From UHGV virus genome UHGV-0209859: a stretch of 40,710 bases of DNA; one strand, written 5' to 3'. Shown one piece after another: positions 18,478-25,144 of this stretch. Within the stretch, counting starts at the first letter, position 1. The number at the start of each line of letters is the position of its first letter. Both the position numbers and the translations under genes were made by a program. Below the pieces are notes generated by a model, which searched no databases, had not been told where the DNA came from, and saw only the letters and a program-made list of their open reading frames with translations. This DNA comes from a virus.

Positions 18478-20927
18478 TCTTGTTCCTCCTCGTCATCATC
18501 CCATTCGCAATCCACGATGCGGTTTGCAGCTTCAAGAAGCGGCGCCGCGGCGCTTGAAAAATCTTCATCGGAAAGTTCTTTCGCAACTGCCCAAAACGAG
18601 GCCCGAATGCCGTTCAGTACCTGCGCAGCATTTACTGCAAATTCCGCTGCTGCCATATATGTGGCGCTCTCTGCACTGTCAATGATTTTCCGTGCGTCGT
18701 CCAGATCTTCCTGCATGCCACGCACTTGCGCTTGCAGCATGGCCGTCATTTCCCGGGCTTTTTCACCGGCTCGACGTTCCACTTCGGCGGGATCTGGCTC
18801 CTGAACAGCTACCTCCACAGGACGGGCTTCCAATTCCTTGATGCGCTCCTTGGCATCGGACAGCTCGCTCATCACCGGCCTTGTTTCCAGCGCGTCGGCT
18901 TTTTCCTGCGCATGCTTTGCCTGCGCCCGGGCTGTGGCAGCTTCATCACGCAGCGCATCGTTGGCGTAGCGCAGGCTTTCCGCTTCCGCGGCGGCCTTCT
19001 CTCGCGCCTCGCGTTCGGCTTTCAGCTGGGCCTCCAGTTCCCTGTACTGCTTGTGTGTGGTGATATCGCCGCCTTTGAGCGCTGCAACGGCCTCTGGCTC
19101 TGCGGATGGACGGGCGGCGGCGTAGAGCAGAGAGGGGGACAACTCCTCCAGCACTTTCTGCTCCCGTGGTGTGCTGCGTTCGAACAAATTCGAGACCTGC
19201 AGAAGCTTGTAGGCTGTGCTTTTCCCAACGCCGATGCTTTCGCACCAGCGGCGGAAGGATTCTTCGCCGCGGTTCCCGTGCTTGGAGTTGTCCACATTGT
19301 GGACAACTGTGCCGCACAGCGTGTCGTGGGCGATGGCCACGCCGTCCGCCATGCGGCGCAGGCCCATCTCGGCCAGTTTACGCCCGCCCAGGTACTCCCG
19401 TTCAGCCAGATGAAGGTCGGCCACCGTCTGATCGTCCAGCCCGGAGTAGTCAAAGGGCGTGGCCTCCGGCTCCGCTTCCAAAGAGGCAGGCCCAGCAGCG
19501 GACAGGCTTTGTGTCGCACTGCCAGCATCCGCAGGGCAGCCGGGGGCCGGCAAGGTGTTTGCATCCGTCGGGGTGGTCGGTGTTTCCATCGGCTCCGGCA
19601 CAGCATTCCCGGCCGTGGTCGCAGCAGCATCCCCATTCCGGGCAGATTGATTTTTGCATTTTTCTATTTCCTCCTCCAAGTAGGCCCTCAGGTCGTTGGC
19701 ACTGCCATCTTTAAAGAGATGTTCGGGAACTCTGTGACCCAGTTTTTCATCAATTTGTCCCAGCCAGTAAATGCGGCATTCTTCCACTGCGTCTTTACAT
19801 CCGAAGGTATAGCAGGCGATACTAAGAGGATGGTCTTGCTGTTTGCAATTTACATTTTCAATCCGCCTGCTGCCGATCAGGTGCGAGGTAACGCCTGAAA
19901 AGTAGGGGCAGCTGCTTGTTTTGTCTTTTACCAGCCTTTCGTCCTGACACGTCTCTTCTGCCGGCGCCGGACACTCTTCGTATGGTGCAAAGCACCCGAA
20001 GCCTCCGTCCGTCTTATCACATCCAGCCTGTGGGCATGAGCGGTCAATACAATCCGGGCAGCGACATGTGTCACAAGGTGAATACTCTTCTCCCTTGTCC
20101 ACAACCTCCGGCGGCTCACTGCTCGCTGAACTGGATACCAGCTCCCAGCCGTCGCGTTTCGCACGGGCCTCTAAGCCCTCCTGCAAGTGCTCACGGTCAC
20201 GGTAAACGGCGTTGGTATTCCATGTGATGTCGGGTTTCCATACGACGCTGTTCGCCGGGTCTCGATACTGCATCGCATAAATGCCGTTTTCCGGCTGCGG
20301 GCTTACCCGGTACAGCCAGCCCGTGGCTGGGTCTCTGTATATCAGCATAGTTTTTGTCTCCTTATCCGTCGCGGCAGCGTCTTTGTGTGCCGCTGCCTTT
20401 CCCTGCTCAATATCGCGCAGGATTTTTTGCTTTTCTGCATCGGCGTCCATGTCTTTCCGGTGAAAGGTTTCATCGAAAAATTCAGCCCATAGGGCACGCT
20501 TCGCAGCAATTCCCTTTTTGTTTTGCGAGCAGGCAAGCGTATACCGATACCGACCTTCGTCTACATATTCCGCCGGCCGGATGCGGTCCCGGGAGAAGCC
20601 GCCGGAAAGCTCGCCATTGGGATAATGCTCTTTTACCCAATCGCTAACACGCTCCAGAAAATCAAAGTCCAGGCTTGTGATTCGGATGGTCGTTTTATCG
20701 TCAAGATGGCCGCGTAATTCCGTACGGTATTCCAAAGTTGGCGACATGCGGCATTCATACCCTTTTACGTCCGTAACCATTGCATGCCGTGTATGGTCCC
20801 ATTCGGTCGGTCCCCAGGGCATCAGATACGGGCAGCCCTCGCAGCCCTCCGTCTCCCGGTTCCCCGTGTTGTCGGCATTTGTGCTTTTATTTACCGCCCG
20901 GCCGCACTTGCAGAGGTATCGGTTCAA
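18474..20927 (-). CDS. Large mosaic early protein (Cys-rich modules, DUF3102-like HTH, coiled coil)
   Basis: 817 aa; several Cys clusters; FDYSGL...FRRWCESIGVGKSTAYKLL segment; C-terminal IKELEARPVEVAV coil. Confidence 0.7.
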   Translation of the reverse strand: MNRYLCKCGRAVNKSTNADNTGNRETEGCEGCPYLMPWGPTEWDHTRHAMVTDVKGYECRMSPTLEYRTELRGHLDDKTTIRITSLDFDFLERVSDWVKEHYPNGELSGGFSRDRIRPAEYVDEGRYRYTLACSQNKKGIAAKRALWAEFFDETFHRKDMDADAEKQKILRDIEQGKAAAHKDAAATDKETKTMLIYRDPATGWLYRVSPQPENGIYAMQYRDPANSVVWKPDITWNTNAVYRDREHLQEGLEARAKRDGWELVSSSASSEPPEVVDKGEEYSPCDTCRCPDCIDRSCPQAGCDKTDGGFGCFAPYEECPAPAEETCQDERLVKDKTSSCPYFSGVTSHLIGSRRIENVNCKQQDHPLSIACYTFGCKDAVEECRIYWLGQIDEKLGHRVPEHLFKDGSANDLRAYLEEEIEKCKNQSARNGDAAATTAGNAVPEPMETPTTPTDANTLPAPGCPADAGSATQSLSAAGPASLEAEPEATPFDYSGLDDQTVADLHLAEREYLGGRKLAEMGLRRMADGVAIAHDTLCGTVVHNVDNSKHGNRGEESFRRWCESIGVGKSTAYKLLQVSNLFERSTPREQKVLEELSPSLLYAAARPSAEPEAVAALKGGDITTHKQYRELEAQLKAEREAREKAAAEAESLRYANDALRDEAATARAQAKHAQEKADALETRPVMSELSDAKERIKELEARPVEVAVQEPDPAEVERRAGEKAREMTAMLQAQVRGMQEDLDDARKIIDSAESATYMAAAEFAVNAAQVLNGIRASFWAVAKELSDEDFSSAAAPLLEAANRIVDCEWDDDEEEQE

Positions 20928-21250
20928 AACCAGTCACCCCCGGGCAGGACGATGGACTTCTTCACGGCCTTTAAATCGTCCTCATACACTGCTGCAAGCT
21001 CATGGCCGCAGCGCCTGCAGAACACGACCGGCCCGCGCAGGAGCATGTCCATTTCCGGGATCATGCACGATATCGGCATGTCTTCGGGCGATATCTCGCC
21101 GCTGGTGATGGCGAAAATTCCGCTGGATCCGATTCGGTTTTCGCAGATATCGCCGCCGCAAAAGTGCTGCACTGCTTCGGTGGTGTCCAAGAGCGCCGGG
21201 ATATCGTTAAATTTCGGGGCCTCGCCCGGGCGTAATGTAATAACTCTCAT
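20924..21250 (-). CDS. Hypothetical protein (DUF3846-like)
   Basis: AAGGAGG RBS, ATG at 21250; MRVITLRPGEAP...VQHFCGGDI...LRGPVVF. Confidence 0.6.
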   Translation of the reverse strand: MRVITLRPGEAPKFNDIPALLDTTEAVQHFCGGDICENRIGSSGIFAITSGEISPEDMPISCMIPEMDMLLRGPVVFCRRCGHELAAVYEDDLKAVKKSIVLPGGDWF

Positions 21251-21513
21251 TGATGTATACCTCCTTGATGTGTTACAATGGAGGCGGTCGTAGGGTTCAA
21301 CTTGACCGCCTGGCGCTTGTCCGTGTTCGCAGCACGGGCGGGCGCCTCTCTTTTTGTCTGTTTGCTGTAGCTCCATGCTGCCATACCGAGCAGTGCCGCG
21401 ATGGTGAACAAGCCTGTCCAGGGGGCCGTCTGTCCGCTCACAATACCGTCCAAAACGGCAATGGAAAGAATCGCCGCGGTTATGGCAGTCATTCTAAGTA
21501 TCAGATGATTCAT
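21247..21513 (-). CDS. Small membrane protein (two TM helices)
   Basis: Two hydrophobic stretches; ATGA-coupled to the next gene. Confidence 0.7.
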   Translation of the reverse strand: MNHLILRMTAITAAILSIAVLDGIVSGQTAPWTGLFTIAALLGMAAWSYSKQTKREAPARAANTDKRQAVKLNPTTASIVTHQGGIHQ

Positions 21514-21685
21514 GTGCTACCCTCGCTTTCCTGCAAATGCCATCCAAATGATCTCGGCCGATTCGCAAAATCTCACGGCGCACCTGATCGGCGAGAAGCT
21601 GATGAAACGCGGCATAATCTGCGGCGGAGGCAGGCTCCAGAACGTCCAATATTTCTCCGGTTTCCCGGCTGACGATCAGGCGCAT
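21494..21685 (-). CDS. Hypothetical protein
   Basis: AAGGAGG RBS; MRLIVSRETGEIL. Confidence 0.7.
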   Translation of the reverse strand: MRLIVSRETGEILDVLEPASAADYAAFHQLLADQVRREILRIGRDHLDGICRKARVAHESSDT

Positions 21686-21697
21686 GATGTCCTCCTT

Positions 21698-21895
21698 TTA
21701 AGCGTGTGGTTTTTCTTCCTTGGCCCGGGTTTCATTTGCATCGTAAAACGCCATGATGTCATCCGTGCTGATTCGCAGCGTTTTTGAGCCTGCCAACTTG
21801 CTGGCCCGCAGGCGGCCGCTGCGTACCCACTCCCGGACAGTGTCGGGGGAGACCTTCATCAATTCTGCGGCCTCCTCTACGGTGTGCAGGGGCAT
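21698..21895 (-). CDS. Excisionase-like HTH (MerR/HTH_17) DNA-binding protein
   Basis: TVEEAAELMKVSPDTVREWVRSGRLRASK; AAGGAGG RBS; first gene of the leftward operon. Confidence 0.85.
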   Translation of the reverse strand: MPLHTVEEAAELMKVSPDTVREWVRSGRLRASKLAGSKTLRISTDDIMAFYDANETRAKEEKPHA

Positions 21896-21936
21896 TGTTC
21901 CACCTCCTTAAATGTCGATTTTTCGGCTTTTTCGTT

Positions 21937-22048
21937 GCCTTTTCATGGAGTATGCCTTGCTTTTTTTGGCGTTTTGTGGTAATTTGAAGTTGCTACATTC
22001 AATTTAATACGCAAAACGCCTTTTTTTGGGGCATACTCCATGTAAGGC
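21937..22048. other. Long interrupted inverted repeat in the early leader (candidate structured RNA)
   Basis: 13-bp arms CATGGAGTATGCC (21944-21956) / GGCATACTCCATG (22030-22042); 9-bp arms GGCGTTTTG (21968-21976) / CAAAACGCC (22012-22020); inner TTGAA/TTCAA; T7 runs opposite each other. Confidence 0.75.
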
Positions 22049-22082
22049 TGGTTTTTTGTTCCCTTTTTGCGGGGACATTCTT

Positions 22083-22111
22083 AGTATATCTAGCAAAACC
22101 TAGAATTTCAA
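22083..22111 (-). promoter_or_regulatory. Early lytic promoter
   Basis: Minus strand TTGAAA-17 bp-TATACT, near the sigmaA consensus, pointing to the HTH_17 gene. Confidence 0.75.
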
Positions 22112-22137
22112 GAGTTATTCTAGGATAAGCTAGATAT
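22086..22137. promoter_or_regulatory. Two repressor operator sites
   Basis: TCTAG-N6-CTAGA palindromes at 22089-22104 and 22119-22134; the first fills the promoter spacer; the two form a 21-bp inverted pair ATATCTAGC-N4-CCTAGAAT. Confidence 0.75.
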
Positions 22138-22169
22138 TTGTTGCATTGTACAATGAATGGTGGGTAATT

Positions 22170-22556
22170 ATGTTCAATTTCGACAGATTAAGAGCCCTTG
22201 CAAAAAAACAAGGAATAACCATTACGCACTTGTGTAATATCGTCGGAAAGAAGAACTCGTATATTGCAGATAGTCAAAACAAGGGGATAGCGATTCCTTT
22301 GGATGCCGTTGAAACTTGGGCTTCCGTACTCCACACAACCCCCGCCTATCTGCTGGGAGAAACAGATGATCCGTCAGAAGGCAAAAAAAATAATCCCGCC
22401 ACCGCGCAGGATGCACGGCAACGGGATATAGTGGTTTTGACGCGCATGGCGTCGCAATTGCCTGAAGAAGATTACAATCGGCTTGTGAAAAACTTTGAGG
22501 ATACCCTTGATATATACTTGAGAGCACGGGGGCTTGACCCGGATGACTATCGCTGA
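22170..22556 (+). CDS. XRE-family prophage repressor (ImmR/CI-like, no S24 peptidase domain)
   Basis: HTH RLRALAKKQGITITHL...TTPAYLLGETD; divergent from the lytic operon. Confidence 0.85.
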   Translation: MFNFDRLRALAKKQGITITHLCNIVGKKNSYIADSQNKGIAIPLDAVETWASVLHTTPAYLLGETDDPSEGKKNNPATAQDARQRDIVVLTRMASQLPEEDYNRLVKNFEDTLDIYLRARGLDPDDYR

Positions 22557-23127
22557 TGCGCAATGCGTAGCTACATGGCTTTTACTTCAGCAGAACATCA
22601 ATTCGTTGGCTACTGATTTACAGAGCATGGTGTTCGCAGGCGCTTCGATTCTGATGGATACAATACAGGGATATTGTTCAAAAACGGGAATGCCGCTCTC
22701 GGAATTTAAAAGTCGTGGACAGCTTTTGGACGGTACCAGCGTGCCCGTAGGGCCGGGATGTCTTGTCCTTTACAACCATGCTCTGCCCGTTGGTCGCCGC
22801 CGTTTTACAATTGCGCACGAGTTAGGACATGTTTACCTTGGCCATAAGCAGCGTGGCGTCCAGCAGGAAAATGAAGCGGATTGGTTTGCTGCGCAGCTGC
22901 TGATGCCTGAATGCATTATGATGGAGCTATGGAGCCGGAATGGATGGCTGATGCAGCATGAGGTGTCTGATTGGTTTATGGTGTCGGGCGCGGCGGCGCG
23001 GCACCGTATCGGGGAGATGCAGCGCAAGCACTGGTATCACATAGGCGAGCAGGAGCTGGAATTGGTGCAGCGCTATTTGCCTTACATACAGGAAGAACTC
23101 AAAAACCCCTATTTGGTTTCAGTCTAA
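22543..23127 (+). CDS. ImmA/IrrE-family metallopeptidase (antirepressor)
   Basis: RRRFTIAHELGH (HEXXH) and ENEADWFAAQLLMP motifs; overlaps the repressor stop. Confidence 0.9.
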   Translation: MTIADAQCVATWLLLQQNINSLATDLQSMVFAGASILMDTIQGYCSKTGMPLSEFKSRGQLLDGTSVPVGPGCLVLYNHALPVGRRRFTIAHELGHVYLGHKQRGVQQENEADWFAAQLLMPECIMMELWSRNGWLMQHEVSDWFMVSGAAARHRIGEMQRKHWYHIGEQELELVQRYLPYIQEELKNPYLVSV

Positions 23128-23148
23128 GTTTTAAGGAGGACGCACTAC

Positions 23149-25104
23149 ATGGAGCATACATTGGAGCGCGCCCCCTTACAGTTTCCCATTGGAACAATCA
23201 TCAATGGCCCTGAGCAGTTGGTTTGTTGGGAATTTACTCGTTCTCCCCATCTGCTTATTGCCGGCGCATCTGGAAGCGGAAAGTCTACGTTTCTGCGTAG
23301 CGCTTTAGTGGAATTACTTGAACTTTGTCCAGGCGATTTGCTTAAACTTATAATAATCGACCCAAAAGGCGTTGAGTACTCGGGATATGACAGCGTTGAA
23401 AATATGCTGATGCCTGTCGTAAAGGATTATACAAAAGCAATTGGCGTACTTGCTGCTTTAGCTGTAGAAATTGAAAAAAGGTATGAGCTCTTTGCCAAAA
23501 TTAAAGTACGGAACATTGAAAGTTATAATGAGGCAGTGAACGAATTTTCTGGGGCCGAGTCGATGCCTCATATTCTTGTCATAGCTGATAGTTTTGATAT
23601 TGTTTTAACGGCACATAAAGATGAAGCAGAAGGTTACATAGAGCGCATTACACAGGCTGGTAGATCGGCGGGAGTACATCTTTTGATAACCACGCAAAGT
23701 GTGCCGGGTAAGAACTTTTTGTCACAGTTCCCGAGTAAGTTATGTTTTAGGATGCCCGAAAAGAGCGATAGCAAAAAAATTTTGGGAGGTACGGCATCTG
23801 AAAAACTCTTCAATGAAGGCGAAGCAATATTTTACTCGGCTGGAGTATTTCCGCGTGCGCAGGTAAAAACAGTTTTTAAAGAAGATTCAACTATTGATAA
23901 ATTGTTGGAAGAAATCAAAGGAGAATCAGCCGCAAATTATAGTGAGGGCTTTATTCAAGAGATTAATAGATATGCTGCGCCGGTACAGAGTGAAGAAGTG
24001 GAATATGATGATAGCCAAGACCCAATGCTCAAAGCGGTTGTAGAGGTTGTCATCGACGCGGGACAGGCGTCTACAAGTCTTTTGCAGCGGCGCTGCAAGC
24101 TGGGCTACGCCCGGGCGGCCCGCATCATGGACGAGATGGAACAGCTGCACATCATCGGCCCGTACGAAGGATCGAAGCCCCGGCAAGTGCTCATTACTCG
24201 CCAGCAGTGGATTGAGATGATAATGCAAGAAGCGCACAACGAAGTGTCACCGCAGGATGAGGATGTTCCCCAAAACCAATTGGCTGTTGAAGCGGGCGAT
24301 TGCGATGAATCGAAAAACTCTTGCTGTGTCCCACAATTGACACTGCCAGGAGAAGAAGAGAACTCGACACCTCCACAATTGTCGGCTTCGGACGCACCAA
24401 ATCCAGCACCAATTTATGCGGTGAAGCGTCCCACAACAGAAAAGATAAAGCCAAAAGAGCGGTGCACATGGCTTCCCACGATAAAGTCATGCGATGGCAT
24501 GACGGGAGAGCAGTTTGAGCACTTTTGTGCATCGCTTCTACGGGCGAACGGTTTTCGCAACGTAAAAGTGACGCAAGCCAGTGGGGATTATGGTATTGAC
24601 GTGCTTGCTCAGAAAGGCATGGACAGCTATGCGATTCAGTGCAAGTGCTACTCTTCCCCAGTGGGCAATCATGCAGTACAGGAAGCGTTTTCCGGCGCTG
24701 CGTATTATGGACATCGAATCCCTGTTGTGATGACAAATCAGGAATTTACTGCGGCGGCTATCGAAACGGCAGAGCGTATTGGCGTCCGGTTGTGGGGACG
24801 CTCTGAATTGGCACGAATGCGTAGTTATTGTGCGCCGTTTCCGTTTAGAATAATAGGCTCTATCTTTCGCTCAAGCCTTATAGTTTTGAAGCCTGTGTTA
24901 CAGTTTTTATTTGGAAGACCGGCGGCTTTTATCGCATCATTACTCACAGTGCCGTTGCTATTCGATCTGTTGATTCATGGCTACATCGGTTCAGAACCAT
25001 CAAAAGAAGGGTTTTGGTTTGACTTTGGGATATTGGTTGCTGAGTGGATCGTAGTCCGATATGGGCTTTCTTGGATATGGAAGAAGATTTCTGGCGGGAA
25101 ATAA
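23149..25104 (+). CDS. FtsK ATPase domain / FtsK-gamma / Mrr-type endonuclease / C-terminal TM fusion protein
   Basis: PHLLIAGASGSGKS, IDPK, GRSAGVHLLITTQ; gamma domain ASTSLLQRRCKLGYARAARIMDEME; Mrr motifs GEQFE, GDYGID, AIQCK; hydrophobic C-terminal helices; AAGGAGG RBS. Confidence 0.88.
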   Translation: MEHTLERAPLQFPIGTIINGPEQLVCWEFTRSPHLLIAGASGSGKSTFLRSALVELLELCPGDLLKLIIIDPKGVEYSGYDSVENMLMPVVKDYTKAIGVLAALAVEIEKRYELFAKIKVRNIESYNEAVNEFSGAESMPHILVIADSFDIVLTAHKDEAEGYIERITQAGRSAGVHLLITTQSVPGKNFLSQFPSKLCFRMPEKSDSKKILGGTASEKLFNEGEAIFYSAGVFPRAQVKTVFKEDSTIDKLLEEIKGESAANYSEGFIQEINRYAAPVQSEEVEYDDSQDPMLKAVVEVVIDAGQASTSLLQRRCKLGYARAARIMDEMEQLHIIGPYEGSKPRQVLITRQQWIEMIMQEAHNEVSPQDEDVPQNQLAVEAGDCDESKNSCCVPQLTLPGEEENSTPPQLSASDAPNPAPIYAVKRPTTEKIKPKERCTWLPTIKSCDGMTGEQFEHFCASLLRANGFRNVKVTQASGDYGIDVLAQKGMDSYAIQCKCYSSPVGNHAVQEAFSGAAYYGHRIPVVMTNQEFTAAAIETAERIGVRLWGRSELARMRSYCAPFPFRIIGSIFRSSLIVLKPVLQFLFGRPAAFIASLLTVPLLFDLLIHGYIGSEPSKEGFWFDFGILVAEWIVVRYGLSWIWKKISGGK

Positions 25105-25144
25105 AAGGTCCTTTATGTATGGATGCCTTAGAAAGGGAAACGAT

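Noticed and set aside
22004..22078. 24-codon minus-strand ORF (MSPQKGNKK...) as a cro gene
   Set aside because: Too short, no HTH and no RBS; a leaderless leader peptide cannot be fully excluded because the ATG is close to the predicted start site
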